A stretch of DNA of 64,000 bases from Iphione sp. A-MEVVRFRX5 (lineage: Eukaryota). Positions 12,122 to 27,128 of the stretch are shown piece after piece (position 1 is the stretch's first letter; each line of letters begins with the position of its first letter). The translations under genes were made by a program, and so were the position numbers. The stretch is from positions 121,396,001 through 121,460,000 of the forward strand of contig OZ320313.1 in NCBI GenBank assembly GCA_976226885.1. Direction: 5' to 3'. The notes below the pieces were generated by a model, which worked only from the letters and a program-made list of their open reading frames with translations, was not told the DNA's origin and made no database searches.

Positions 12122-15100
12122 GAAAGAAAGGGGGGTGGGGGGTCTTGCCTATTAACAAATTTATGAAAGTAAATTTAATTGAAAAATGAAACACCTAACT
12201 ATATTTCGTCTTTAAACCTGGAATGAACGAAAGAAGCAGTGCCAGCTTTTTCGTAGGCTATGTATGGATAAAGCTGTCTGGCTGCAAAGCCTGGTTCGAT
12301 TCCCCACCAAAATCTGACAAACTTTGTCAGCGAACTTGAACAATACAGCCCTTTCTATAACAAAAACTCAACAGGACAAAAACTGAGTATAATGGACATG
12401 TGGGGAAGATAATAACATAGAGAAAAACGAGTTGTAGGGTGGTTTAATACTTAATAGATTGTATAACGCCAACTGATATTGGGAGCTGTGTCTCAAGAAT
12501 CACTTGTTCAGCCCGAGAGTGGCTCACAGCCTAGCTCAAACAGCAGGTTAAGTACAGGATCTGATGTCTGCAATCACGAACATCTTGTTGGTTTTGTTAA
12601 CTTAGATTTTTCATTATCTTTGTGTTCTAAGTCATTAGATTTTGACTTGCCTTAATGGGAAATAAATAGAATACCAACGTTTCCATATTTAAGCATAATG
12701 TCGCACCATGAATTTGAAAACTTAAAATCTGGATGTTAATACTTAATGTGCATCAATTATAGTGGAAATAGAGTTGTTAAAAATATCGCTCAAATTAGAA
12801 TCTGCTATGCTATGTTGATCAATGTGCGCCAGTGACCTATTTTCTGCTGTCAGAGCATGCAGATCTAGAAATAGTCTTCTGAAAATAGCTACGTACAGTA
12901 CACCGCTCTGCATCACATTGTAGAATTATTGATATATGATGACCCCTATAGGTACTTTGGCACACAATCATCCAAGACGTATTTCTTTATCTCATTTCTC
13001 GATGTTAGTATGACCGTCGTAATGAAATTAATAACAATGAAACGTTGCTTCATTGGCAATCAGCCTCCAGAAATAGTAGGTACAGTGACATATACAGGGC
13101 ACTGTGACTAACGTATGCCAAAATATGGTTACTGTCTACTTTAAGATCATGCTGTATTGGAAAGCTGCTTTAAAATCATTGAACGAGTCCGCAGCTAGTT
13201 CTATCAAAAAAGAACGAGATCATTTGTGGAGGTAATCCAGCTTGCAAACACGCATAGTTCGGAATTGAAAAAAGACTGAAATACATTATCATTTAGATAT
13301 AATGCATTATTTATGGTTCTGGGTTGTACTACAAAATACATGTACAATCTACGGACCTGTGACTTGTCTATTATTGCAACGTAAACAGAATCTTCTCAGT
13401 AAATACGTCCATTTACTATGCAGGGGCCAAACAATGTGCACAATGATATATTGATGCGTCTCCTTTCCAATATCGATAACTGCGGAGATACCCTATATAT
13501 TTGTTTTTGTTCTGTAGGAAGCAGGTCACACAATTCCTTTTTTCCGTTCTATGCACGTCAATACAGCTCGGGCCTATTTTAAAGTCGGCATCATTTAACA
13601 AGACACCTTGATATTTCCACATACTGTACTTGATGGCTCGGTGTGATTTATATATTCCAGTCTATTTTGGACTCGACCGTACAATTATTTCCAATACTGT
13701 TCGTAGTGTTTTCCTCTTTGCTGTGAATGTGTCTAAGGACAATGTTTTTGACGAGTCCTAGGGAATAGATATTTCCACTGCAAAAAAATGGCGGTAACAT
13801 TAACACGTTAACAATTCTATAAATATATCTATGCAAACCTTCTTATTGGACAGAGATATTTATCTTGACTTAACTTTATTACTGTTGATTGAACCACACA
13901 TAGCTGTAGTGTTGCTGTAGGGGAAAAACCATCACATGTGAAGTGATTTAAGGAGTTTATCCATAAAAGGGAATCCCATCTTGTTCAGTGACGTCAGTAG
14001 GGCTGCTGGCATTCTCGGATTTTTCGCCCTCTGTTCTGCAGATAGGTGTGCTATGTGCTGTTTAGTTCATAATGGAGACGTTATTGGCATGCAGCTCTAA
14101 TTCATCCGCGTAGCATTTTGGGATGAAGCTGCGGTGTGCAGCAAAATGCTCACCCTCTCCGCTGAAACCTCTGCAAAGTGTCATTTCTGTAATGAATGCA
14201 ATAGTCCATGTGCAGCCATAATTACCACTATAGTGATGGTGGACAAACGTTTGGACTGGACAATGTGACAGCTCCCTTTTCAAAGATAAGAGGTAGGAGT
14301 CGACCTGACTGACAGCAAGATTTATACCCACTGTCATCCTTTTCTACCATAGTTTCGGCAATTGGTCTATAGGCAATGATCGGAGATTACTAACGCTCTC
14401 TTCTACAGATACGTACAAACGTGTGCAGCAGAACCTCACAGCTGTGGATATCCTTGGTTCATGATAACAATGGCTTCAGTTAGAGTGTATCCCGAGTGTT
14501 GGATGTAATATGCTGATAATTTGTACAAAACATATGATGCTGTTGTGGACAAAGTGGCCCCAGTGTAAGGTGTCCCCAGTCATCAGGTTCTTCTGTATAT
14601 GGCTTATACAGTAGCAACAAAAGAATTGAGGTCATCAGGGAACCGAATGATTTACCCTTGACTACGGTTTCTCCTCTCTGCGTTCCAGCAAGGTGGCTTG
14701 CTACTGTCTCTGTACATGTATGTTTATTGTGTTAATATGTAATTGATCTATAGAAGGACTAACATCTGATGGCAAGTCAGTATGTATGTATGTATATTTA
14801 TATCGATTTTCGTCTTAAACTAGTACAATTCTGTAACTCACTATATGATCATGTATGAAGGCTTTGAATTGAATTTAATTTAATTTACTGGGATTTTATT
14901 GACATCTCGATATAACAGGATACAAAGAGTTCTGTCGTGAATACAAAAGACATATAAAGAAGGAGTAGAATAGAGAATGTTTAAGTTTATTCAAGCAAGA
15001 TAATAGTATGTAAGAATGGACTAATTTGAACGATACCAGGACAGATTGCAATACTCTTTGCATTACCAGTACCACAGCCGTCTTATCATTAAAATCAACT

Positions 15101-16269
15101 GTGTAGGAATACAAGACACAAGACTCTATCAAAGGGTGTGAAAACAAGGTATTGTACTGGTTTGATATATTCAGCCTCTCTGCTTTTTAAAACTACTGAC
15201 ATATAGGTCCATCTTTGGAAAAAGCAGATCCACCTGTCCCAGAGGAGGGAGATGTAGAAGTCTCTTGAAGACCACATTTTAAAGAAATGCTTTTTGGTTT
15301 GTTGAGTATTTCTGTGTAGCTAAAGGTAGAATCCTTTCGCCGCTCCCTAAGTGAGGAAACAGGATCATTTCACCATCTTGGCTCCTTGGCTCCCCCTCCC
15401 CCACTATCTTTGTTCTCACCCACATCAATGGCAGTCGCCAGACAAAGATTGGGATGTATGCCGTCTCGGCGTCTCCATATCAAACGACCTTAAAGTCCTT
15501 TCTTTCCGGTCTTGTACGAACTTTTTTTCACACTCGACAATAGACTGACTATTCTTGCAAAGCCCTCAATAGGAAAAATGAATGATTGATACAACGTAAC
15601 ATAGTTCTGTCATTTCCCACTAATTTCCGAGTCAACTAAACATCAGTATGAAATTTCATAACCATCATCATCATTGATATACGTGTTTTATAGTGCCCTA
15701 AATAGTAGCAAAAAACTCTGTGATTCTTGATATTTCTGGCTCTTCTCCTTAACGTTTCTCCTAAGAGTCAGCACAATCGAAGATAGTTATCCATTCAAGT
15801 TAGTCTCTATTGTATTGGGTCAGCCGTCTGGTGTTCTCTGTGATGAAGGTGGTATTGCACTTCTAGAATCTGGCCATTTTACCCAATAAGGGGACACGTT
15901 TCACTATACATCTTGCAATATGATTCCTGATTGGCTACCTGTGATTCACAGCAGGACCATTCATACCAAAGTTGAGTCTGAAAGTGAGTTCAAGAAAGCA
16001 TATTACAATAGAAACATGCTGTAAAATATATAGCAGAAAGTTTTACAACATCAAAGTAACTATTTCCTACATGCACTTCATGGATATGTGTCAATAGTAG
16101 GGTTTTACTATATTTATGGGCAGGGGTAAATGCTTGAGAAAATTTGGTATGATTTTGCTGAAAATGCTTCAGTGGATATGATTGCAGCAGGATATTTAAT
16201 ACCCGCGTTACAGCGGTTCAAATCATTTTGCCGCTGCCTCCTGTTGTGCAAACAAGTCCATTGGATGCA

Positions 16270-19200
16270 ATAAAAGCAAATCACAGATCACACTAGGCTC
16301 CTAGAAGACATAGTCAAACGCCTCCAAATATTAGACCAGGGGATAAACACCAAGAGCAACCCAAGAAGCAAAAGGAGAGAAAATCCATGATTGTTATCAG
16401 ATGGAAGGCTAACCGAGAAGCAGGACGATGCGAACCAGGAGAACGATGAGGACGAACCGACCGAAGCAGACGAGCCAACCGTTCTACCCCTTGACCAGCT
16501 GAAAGGGGTGGCGAGCGGCCATGTACACCAGCTGCAGTCCGTCATGTATCCAGAAATAATGCCCACTACAGGTGAGAAAACCACAAATTCTAGCCCAGCC
16601 ACCTATGTGCACTTACCTAATGGGGGAGAAGGCTGATCTGGGCAATCTTACCTTCCACCAATATATAGCCGGCACATTGTATGGATAAGGCCACTTCAAA
16701 GCATCTACAGCAGTCACTCTTAGCACACCTCAAGGAAGCCGTTGACGAAATGGAAGTTCTCAACTGGCCACCGATCTCCCAATGGGGAACTGAGGTGTGG
16801 GAGACAATCAACATTGGACAGGTCGAGTGGAAAGACAATATCAAAATCGATCCACGTAAGAGTGAGACTATAAACACATATATTTCTGAAGCAAAAGCTA
16901 ATTCTGACAATTTTCTTTAAAGTATATTCGCATGGTTTGCACAAAATGACAAACGGGTAGGTGTGACCAAAAAAATCAGAACATGTCAAGGACTTCATCA
17001 GTTGAGCAATGCATGAAAACATGAGTGAAAATACTACTTGCAGGACAGCTGGCGACACCAGAGCGACAAGTAACGGACCCCCTCCCCATACAACAAGCCA
17101 TCGCAGCCGTTAATCGAAAGGCTTTAGCTGTAGCCGCCTCACCCGTTAATCATATACACGAACTTGAACGGCTTGATTGTCACAAGGACTTTTCGCTGCC
17201 CCAGGGAAATGATATTTACAAACCTGTTTCAATTCCAGTCCTGATTCTTTCGTATGTCTACAATTGGCCTGCTTTGGTGAATAAAGATCGCCCAGACTTG
17301 TTATATATTTGTAACTCTGTGGTCAAGACATCCTTGAGTGTGTGTAAAATTCCATTAATATCCATTGCTGGCCACGTCTTAGCATGAACTTAGCCAATGA
17401 ATAGAAATTACAAGCTAATGAACAGAAATTACAAGCTGTAGGGTACATTGCTGAGCTTGGCCACTTCAATGATTCTACGTACATAGCATCCGTAGACATT
17501 AGCACTGCTATAGGAATTAAAAATTCGACCTCCCTGCTAGGCCGCTGTTAGTATTTATGGTGGATCTGATGTACTATTTTGATCTTTCTTTGCTATTTGG
17601 CACAAGGATGTTCTTCTACCTACAAATGTCCGGAAAAAATTACTAAAAAGGCAGCGGCAGCCTTCTCAGGTATAACAGTGAAAGACCACTTAGACGATTA
17701 TGTCATTGTGGGTATAGCTACCTAGCAACGGTTGAAGCCTATGACTACACTAAGTCCTCTCTGTACGTCCTCTCTGTACAGTTCTCCCCCCTAAGCAGCG
17801 GCAATATGGTTAGGGGTTGTCATTGATGTTCAAAAAAAGCTCATATACAATGCAAACTCTGTTTAAGACCACTCCAATTTGCAACCAAATTCAATATTAG
17901 ACCATTTTTACTGGGAACAGAACTATTGATTTCTATGATTAACATTTATCAATTTCAGACCAAACTCACTAATCAGACCACTTTTGATGGGACCCAAGGG
18001 GTGTTTTTAAATAGGGTTTTGACCGTACATCTCAAAAGAGAAAGTGAATAGAGCTCAGCAAGCTGCTCCCGTGTTGTATGGTTCTGATCAGGTTCCAACC
18101 AAGATAGGCCCAAGGTTTGTAGGCCTTGTTATTTTGTCACAAAATGCTGTCTAGATGCCAGGTTATTCACCTGCGAGATCCTACATGAGTACAGAAAGAT
18201 AATAAGGGAAGATGTGGCAACAGTCATTATGACACAAAAGGTCAACGAAGACACTTTGCGGTTTGAGAAATCCTTTCGTAGTCAAATGGTGTTCAAACCT
18301 TCACAACTAATGCTGCAGATGAGACAATATACGTTGATGTCTGCCTAAAAGGTTTTGGGGCTTACTCCAGCTCATAATCCAGCCCAAAACCACTTTCCCA
18401 AACATCTTAACATCTGCAAGCTAGAAGCTATAAATCTAGCCATGGCGGTTGCCGTTATGTGTGATGGGATGAAAGGAAAGCCGGTGGAGGTTTGTTCGGG
18501 CAACACGGCTACTGTCTGTGCCATATCTTCCTTCAGGCCCACAGACCCAGAACTAGCATCAGATGTTTGTTATGTTTGGGTAAAGGCTATGCAGTACCAA
18601 TTAACCTGAAATTTACTGACATCCCTGGTAGGAACTTGGTAATAGCAGATGCTCTGTCAAGAATTTGCACATCCCGCAAACATCATGCAATTGTGAACAA
18701 ATTCAGCATCCCTAGACCGGGTAAACATGTATACCCAACAAAGGATTTGATAACGGACATTAGTAACAGATAGCAGACTGAGACATCTAGCAGAACGTGC
18801 AGGAAGATGATAGAAGGAGGACCCCACCGAAGGAATCCACAACAGACGAGTCTCACACATATCCACATTCACTGCCTTCTGCCATCACTACCACATAGCT
18901 ATATACAACTTCAAGTATCCAGAGGTTTTAGTATTCTTGGAATAGCAGGCCTTACAGAACCTTTCTAACAATGTCATCTCGCAGTACCTTTCTAAAGTAA
19001 GGACAACCTTACAGAGGCTAGGCGCGAGTATCTTGTACAGTGTTTCCTCGAGGGCATACACAAGACATCAACGCATCTAATATCAAATAGAGTGCCAGTC
19101 TCTCTTACCTAGCAAAACTGGTGTCCTACCCTAGTCAAGGAGGCCTGATAAAATATACATTAAACTCTGTATGTATGTTTCTCTTTTATTCATTACTCCG

Positions 19201-19640
19201 AACGTTAAATCGGGCTCCTCAACTGATCCAAAATTTCGACCCATAGAAGTAGCTTATATCTAAAGATATAGAGATTCTAGAATCCTCACTCAGGATCTCC
19301 ATAAAATGGTCAGAGACAATAGAGAGCAACACTAAATGAGTGATGTTTCTTCCAAAATCAGGCACACAGACCTGCCTCCATAAGGTTATGATAGAGATTT
19401 TAATGTTTTTTTGGGCTCTCACCCCACAAGCCATTATTTATTGATCCAATAACTGTTACTCCTACGACGAAACAGCTGGCATACACTTTTCTACAATTAA
19501 CAAGGAGTTTTAGAAGACGAAGTGCCGTGGCCCTGCAGAAGGCAGGGGCTACCTTGTAGCAGATAATGGCTCGGGGCACGTGGGTCTCCACTCCCTCAGT
19601 TTTGGTATATACAAAGCGAGAGGAAGACTCAAAGAAAGCA
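16270..19640 (+). mobile_element. Decayed DIRS-order (Ngaro-like) tyrosine-recombinase retrotransposon
   Basis: Remnants in the expected order: gag-like coiled/acidic ORFs (16391-16920); RT FDLSLLFGTR and HLDDYVIVG (LDD at 17690-17698); IWLGVVID; RNase H LEAINLAMAV..GKPVEV..GNTATV and DIPGRNLVIADALSR (18355-18670); recombinase FDP..LISKDIEI..LRISIKWSETI (~19230-19320) and RSFRRRSA..AG..QIMARGTWVS...Y (~19500-19610). Termini not located. Confidence 0.85.
17846..18027. mobile_element. TA-flanked Tc1/mariner-like MITE inserted in the DIRS RT
   Basis: TA at 17846-47 and 18026-27, with 25-bp imperfect inverted ends (17/25 match). Removing the insert and one TA restores the frame IWLGVVIDVQKKLIYISKEKVNRA. 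Confidence 0.8.
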
Positions 19641-21802
19641 ACTCTAATCCTAAAACAAGCTGCTCAGTCATAGACTGCTTAAAGGTTGGGGCTCGGCTTA
19701 TGTAAAACCTCTCATCAGGTATATGTTTCAACGTATGTATATATGTAAGGTCTAGAAATATTCAAGGACAGTGAACGAATCAACTGTTGTTATAGCCACA
19801 AATTGACACATTTCTTTCACCAGTGTATTACAGAATACTTTATAGCAGTAACTATCAGTACACTCGAAATTTAATTCTTACAATAGATTATTGGTTGAAT
19901 GCGTAATTACTATTTCAAGAATTCAGTAATCATCAAAGAAAGATAAGTATGTCATTATTCCCGGTGCATAGTTAAATGTTTGAAAACTTCTTGCAGCACC
20001 AGGTAGACAGACACAAGCAACCATACTGAATCAGCAATAGAGATTGACAGGTGTATTGTTTGATCGGTATCAAATGCTTAAAAAAACGTACCTTCTCAAT
20101 CATTTGCCGACATTATTATGTTATAAATGTGTAAATGATATAAATGATGAACTCGGTTAATTGTTGATAGGTACAGCCCGCTAGTTGCTAGGTGCTAGTG
20201 GTATACTCACAGACTGATTAGCATGGTCTTTCTAAAACAGAGAACTATGATTGCTTACTATAATAATATGATTTGCTTAAAATTCATTTGCTAAATCTCT
20301 CTGAGGACACGTGAATTATGAAAACAATAGATTCGAGGAGAATTGTATAAGAAACGTCATTGATGTAGTGACAGCACAAACGAAAAAAAAGCGAGCATCT
20401 GATTTTAATTACCTACTAACACCAAATACTTCATGTTTGAATAAACAAATGATTGTCAGATCCTCGTGAACCCATCTACTATATTCTTCTATTCACGTCA
20501 TTATAAAAGTCAGGGAAGTGATCTTATTTCTCACACCGTTCCAGGTCTCTTTTCGTACCGTATCATATGAGGATTTCTCAACAATCGACAGTGTTTGTGC
20601 TATTCCGCATATGCATTGAGAGATCAATCCATTGCTCGTTGCCCACGTATCATGTTGATCAGTGGAAACTCCAGGCTTGATAATAGATCTAATGTTCGTT
20701 GACTGTAACTGTCTAAGATCAAACCGGGACCAGCTGTTCTCGAGGCTCTCTGTCTCTTCCGTCCTGTTTTGTCACAAATTGATGAATCGAGTTGACACTT
20801 TGGAGACTTTTAATTTAAACAAAAAGCTACCCGACAAGGAGAGGTAAGATGTCAACAGTCCAATACAACGGTACTAGCAGTGCCAAAGTAGACGTAAATA
20901 ACTGCGAACGTATTTATTCAACTATTTATTGTATGTATATGCTATACATAAGCTTATTTAATGTTACCAACTGTTCAAGTAACGATTTCATCAAACGATA
21001 GGAATGATCTATGCCTTTAAAAGATTTTGATACGTGCTAATACTTTCAGTATGCTTAATACCGGCGGCAATGAACTATGAAAAAGACATCCTGGCTTGGA
21101 AGCATTCAGCCATACGTGAGTTTTCATCACAGGTTATGCTGTATCTCCACTTAATTCCTCCTTTCTTATCAAGCGAACAAATCCTGTCCGACATTTGGTC
21201 TTTTTTATGAATGTAAAAGGCAGTCTGTATGTAACCTAACTTTCTTGTTAAACAAAGTAAATTATGTGAAACGAAATGTGCCGAGTTATTGTGGGTTTGC
21301 TTTATGCATATATATTTATATGTATATATAATGTGTACATCATTTCTCTCTACTAAACAAACAGAATATGCCCCTATTATGTGTATATGTAATGTTTCAT
21401 GTGATATAATAAGCACACGTAGCATATCACTCAGAAATGTTGGGAAGAAATATGTTTAAAATGTAGATTTTACCCAGCGCAGTAAACTTTCCTGTTAAAA
21501 AACCGACATTCTTCATGGTCATCTCAATTTTCTCTTAGAACTCAGCAGTTTTATGCTGCTGTTCATTTATTAATGTGTTGTAATACAAATTTATCTATAT
21601 ATAGAAGTTGAAAATCCTCAACCGATATTTCACAAATGATAATGGGATATTAATTACCCATATCAAAAACAAGAATGACCCTAGGAGCAAGCAACTGCGC
21701 ACGTGATAACTGAAGCTGCAGCTGAGAAGTTAATTTTACTCCAAAACGTATTACTTGTATAAAGTGATGCTACACATAATGACCTCAACAAAATAGAGAA
21801 GC

Positions 21803-21827
21803 ATATATATATATATATATATATATA
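21803..21827. repeat. (AT)n microsatellite
   Basis: About 12 AT units. Confidence 0.9.
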
Positions 21828-24800
21828 CCTTAAACTGGACCTGTCAGTGATAGTAAATGGTGACTTCAGGTAAAAACATAAAAAAAGATTACCTCGACGA
21901 CGATAACTATCCGGAGTGCATCAATGGTAGTACCATGATAAGTATAGGCCGGATTCAATTGGCTTCTGTAGGAAGAAGGGGAGTCAAAAATCCGATGGAA
22001 GCCAGTGATACATGCCGGGCGTAACGGAACGTAAGGAGCAGAGTAGAGAGTGAAGGTATCTTAGTGTCGTCTATAATTGGGAAAGCGTATAATTAGAGTA
22101 CCATAGCAGAAGACTCGCCCGAGGTGACTCGCCGTGGCATAAGACAGGATGCATTATAAATAATTGCAGGAGGCACAGGTTCCCCTTTCTAATGAGTGGT
22201 CTATAATTACGGAGCCGTCATAAGGTTAGTAATTAACCGCAGGTATTGAGCTCGCCACGCTGAAACTGCATTAGAAGTCGGCAGAAAAAAACATGGTTCT
22301 ATTTCTTCTTTGCCGAGATTTAGAACTGAAAGGTCACGTGATGCTAATTACTCCTGACTCATCATGGATGACCAGCGAAGGAGCTGAGGCTTTTTCCGTT
22401 TCTTTTAAATTGACTGCCCTGGAGAATAAGTGTTAGCTTTTTAACCTTAAGCGATCCGTCTCCAATGATGCTCGAGGTAAAGGTCTTTTGCCTGCTGTAG
22501 ATCCTACTTTGACTCATTGTATTTTATCTGAGAAATTGTAGAAAGAACAACATTAAATGGCGATTACTCCTCGAGATATTTGAGTGACACTTCTTTCAGA
22601 ACATCGGAGGCATTGAAGATCCTCCACCATTACTGTGGAGTTTACTCGTCACGAAATCTAGAATGGTCTCTTAAAGAGGCATGCTACTGTAAATAACATA
22701 TAAATATGGTAATTATCACATTTTAGGATTTACCTTTGAAATGTTGATTAAAGATCTTTACATATTATTAAGATGATCTTTATTTCAATTCAAATCATAG
22801 TTAGCGAAGAGCTACCTCCAAATTTATGGAGTTTTTCCAAACCAAAAGCTACAACGATAAGAGTAAAAAGCACAACCTACTAAAATATCCTGAATTTCCC
22901 TTAATATCTTAGCGTGTTTTCGTAATGTGTTTTAAGGACTGTCTCTCTTTACTGCAGTGTTACAGCTTCTCCTCCATTGTCGGAAAGACTTCACACCATT
23001 ACTTAAATTTCTCAATATTTACAATGGATGGGAATCGAAGAAAAATCACGGCAGTTAGGGTTTATCGTGGATCTAGAATTTTCCTCTGTCCGCTTCGAAC
23101 GTTCTTGGAAACCGTTTCAGAGGTGGCGTTAACAATTGGATACTGATAATACTGGATTTGGTCGCCGAGAGTGGCTGGATATGAAGAGGATTTCCTACCA
23201 TGAATATTTATTGTGAATGACATGACTAATCCCACTGGGAAATAAAAGTGTTTTAATGGAAGTACGGTCGCCAAATCCCAGGTCAAGATACAAAACATGA
23301 AACGAATCGTTCCAGCAACTGCAGATTTGCGAAGACTAAATTTCAATAAAGTATCTCTCCATGGCTATATTCTTGTAATATAATTTGGATATTAAATTTT
23401 ATTACGTTTGTGCTTAAAAGGCTGTGACTAATCCGGCCCAGGGACATCTCACCATATGGATGGAACTAATATACGATTGCTATCATACTATTTCCTGATG
23501 AAAAAACAGTCCTATTGTCAAACGCCATCACGTTCGGACTTGCTAGGCTAGATTGCCTTGGCAATGAGCATCGGACACACCCAGCAGGAATTAGATTGAG
23601 AGTGGCGGCGGAAAAAGCACTGTTAACACAGTTCCTGCTGCCTAGTTCCTTCGAGCCTAGCCGGTTTCTTTCAATAGATGCATGATCACGTGTACTAGGA
23701 CTGCAAAATTCCTGCGTGGATTTCTCAAAATCGATATGTTTACAGATGTGGGCACAGAAAAGCCACTATATATGCATCTCGACTTGCACAAACAAAATCC
23801 GCCATAATGTATATAGGCGGTAAAATATCGCCATGTCGGATAACGCCGAGCGATGTATGCAGGGAAAGAGCTAGAGTAGGGGAGACCTGCAAATCCAACC
23901 TTGCACTCATGAATGCATATCGAAATGCAACAGATTGCTTCGAGAGTAGTTATGGTCCCGCGATTTGCGCTCCCTTGGCTACCTCGATTTTTCACCGTTC
24001 CTCACGCTTGCGTTCCCACATTGGGAATCGCTCATTGTCAGAACAGCTCGCGCTTGTGTCTCCAAGGTAACGGAAGTCCTCGTTATGCGTCCTATGTGAG
24101 AGAGATGGGCGTCGCAAGCAGACAGAAAAGAACTAACCCTTGACGCACCAGGACTGCCATGCTGCAACTCCCCACCCCTTCCCATTACATACGCACCGGA
24201 ATAGGAAGCGTCCTCCTGCTCGGAGAGGAATGTTTACGTGGCAAAGCGAGCTCACATGTTGTCATAGACGCACCGTGCCGCATGTGTGTTTTCTTTCACT
24301 AAGAGCCTCTAAAGTACCGGTTGACGGGAGACTAAATTTATTACATCCTTTCCGTATTCGTTCCGAATGACGTATAACCATCGTGAAAAGTTCACACGAC
24401 GCTCCGACCCTGTCACTTTTAGTTAGATATCGATCAGGGGAGGCAGACCACCGTAAAAAACACACGCATTTTCATTCAAAGTGACTTCTTTCCCATACGT
24501 ATACAGGAACCTTAACAATGCACACAAATATATATGTATCAAGTTTCGTTTATCAAGTTTTCTGTCTTAGGAAACCTTTTATGGGGGCTAGAAATGGGTC
24601 TGTGTACATCTGAAGATGAAAGACAGCTGGAATGTCTTCGGGCCCGCGGCAGCGCCTACAAGATTACGTCCACCGCGTGCGGTAGTTGAGGCTGTTAGAG
24701 CTCTCCCCAGGACGAATCTTTTATATACCGATCCCTCTCAGACGCTGCTTGATGGCGTTACAGATGCTCGGGGCCATCTTGAATCTACGGGCGGTTGGCC

Positions 24801-27098
24801 CGTTATGTTCGCCCACCCAGACACACATCACCCTCCGATGGCTCCTTTTAACGCGAGTCAATACGGTGATACACAGAAGGTGATTTGCTGTTCGACAGAT
24901 CTCGTGACGATGTGCTGGGGTGCCTGGGCCACTGGGGCGGGCGCTGGCGCCCTATTTGTTCGCAACAATTAAAGTAAGGAATCGGAGTACTCCATGGCTG
25001 CACAAATTTGAATTGCATTGTGTTTCGATTTAAACATCCATGCCTCTGTGTTGTGGGATGTTCCCTTTCGCCGTATACATTTCCTTGGATTAGATGTATA
25101 AGAATCAAGCTTTTTTCTCATGTTATCTCCAACACTTGTTTAGACGACTTACCAGACAAGCATCGATACTTAAACGTTAATCCAGAGTGGCACTAATGGA
25201 CACTTACAAGACTACCCTACCCCAGGGTCAGTGTTCGACATCTGGATTTAGGGCTTAAACCTAGGTTTCGAAACAATCATGAGGTGTAATTACATCGAAT
25301 ATCCGTCTTAATTTACGCTGTAAACAAGAGATTAAACGAAGATAAGTCTTGTAAATGAAATGTTTATTTTTTATTATGCCTAGCCCCGCAGCATTTCGCA
25401 AGTTTACACCGGATTACCAACTAAGTGGTCAAATAATTGCAAGGGAAAAATGGCATGGCATGGGCAAAACACTTTGTGTTTCATGTAGATGTAGAAAGCA
25501 ATGTATTCCCGATACATTTTTCTCATTAACAATGATTTCATTTATCTTCCACATGTGTAAATCTGATAATCAAATAAGCGGAGTGTCTGGCAGACGTCCG
25601 CACTCAGTACATTTTCAAAATCCTCGATGAAAAGGGTACAATATCATGCAACCGAGTAGTAAGGTAAATTCATTGCTGTGTAGGCAGGAAGCTCATGTGA
25701 AAGTCTCTACAGTAATTCCTTCAGTGGAGATCCATATTTCCTATTTTTGCTTCGTTATTTCCTTTAAGGTCAAGAGAAGTAATTGCCCTTTCCTTTGTGA
25801 GCAGCTCCAAAAAACATCAAGTAGCCCCCACAAAAATCAATCCTGACACTCCCCTCTGACACTTATGCCAGCCATATCAGCCTCCCAAGCGCAGGCCTAT
25901 TACTCATGTCCCTCCAAATCTCAGGTTTTAGACCTTACTTTTTCGGTCCTGGTCGAAGTTCTGGTGGGTGAGGGTGATCGGTGGAGGGGAGGGACTGGGA
26001 TGAAGGAGCAGCGTTGCCAGTTGCCGTTTCGACCTGTCAGTCGACGTTCATTTGGTCTCGCTCTTCATTACCTGTCACAGCTGCCTCCTGACGGCTGTGC
26101 CTTCCATTTTCGCTCGGATTCTTCATTTCACGGGGGCGAGATTTCCTTCATTATCTGCTCGCTGGCCTTGTTTGCATGGGAGCACGGGCGTGTACTCTAC
26201 TGGGTCACCACCGTGGTGGTGATGGTGGTCGTGGTGATGCATGGTGGTTGCGAGGAGGAGGAGAGGGTGGGGCTTAATTATATAGGGAAGGCGGTAGAGA
26301 CATTGGTGGGCATTATCTGCATCTAGGGTCTATGAGAGAAGTGTGCCAGTTAGTAAATAGATAGTCATGCGACGTGGGGTCCATCGGATGGTGAGTTGCA
26401 TATTGATGGCGCGAGCGCTTGGGCGTAAAAAAAGGACGTGGTATCAGTGACGCTATCATTTGATGACCAAAGTAGGTGCCGGTAGTAGCCTAGGGGGTGT
26501 TGTTCGTGATAAAAGTTGCAATCGTGGCGGAAGACTGTCGCAGTTGAAAAACAGGGAGACGAGGAGGGGGGGGGGTGCGTTGTAGTACACATAGGAGCAA
26601 TGGGCACCATACAAAGCAGCACGTCGCCAAGTAAAGGCAGCGGGTGTCCTTTATGGGAGCAGTGGTGATAGTGGTTGCGGACATGGTGGGGTAGTGATGG
26701 AAGAGGTGATGCATTCTGAAAGAGGTCAGGGTGGTTGCGAGCATTCACCACTACCATAGCCATGGCTGGTATGCGAAGGGTTAGTCGTTCACGGGAGGTC
26801 GCCCTCGGCCTTTCCAGTCAATAGGCGGCCACAATAGTTGGCTTGGCTCGAATCGGCAAACCAGAGCCCCGTCATCATCCCAGCTTTGTGGGGGCGCTCG
26901 GCACTCGCGGTATATCGACTGAGGGGCCACAATGCACAATGTGAAGGGTGGTGTGTGCCGCGCGGTGGCATGGCGCGCCGACGTCGAAACTTCCGGTGGG
27001 GTGGATTGTGGGACGGCCGTTCGAGTAGCTAAATGAGCTCCGCCATTTAGTTGGGTCGTCTCCCTGAATGACATGGACTCCTCCAGTGGTAAAAGAGG

Positions 27099-27128
27099 GA
27101 AGAAGAAGAAGAAGAAGAAGAAGAAGAA
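27099..27128. repeat. (GAA)10 microsatellite
   Basis: Ten perfect GAA units. Confidence 0.9.

Noticed and set aside
12240-12310. tRNA gene (GGTTCGATTCC at 12293-12303)
   Set aside because: B-box only; no A-box or cloverleaf.
14860-15300. Possible further LINE tail and L1-like C-terminus
   Set aside because: Tail-like repeat and AATAAA are present, but three-frame translation gave no LINE motif.
24616-24972. 118-aa plus-strand ORF
   Set aside because: GC-rich open frame with no recognisable domain; not KCNQ exon 2 on either strand.
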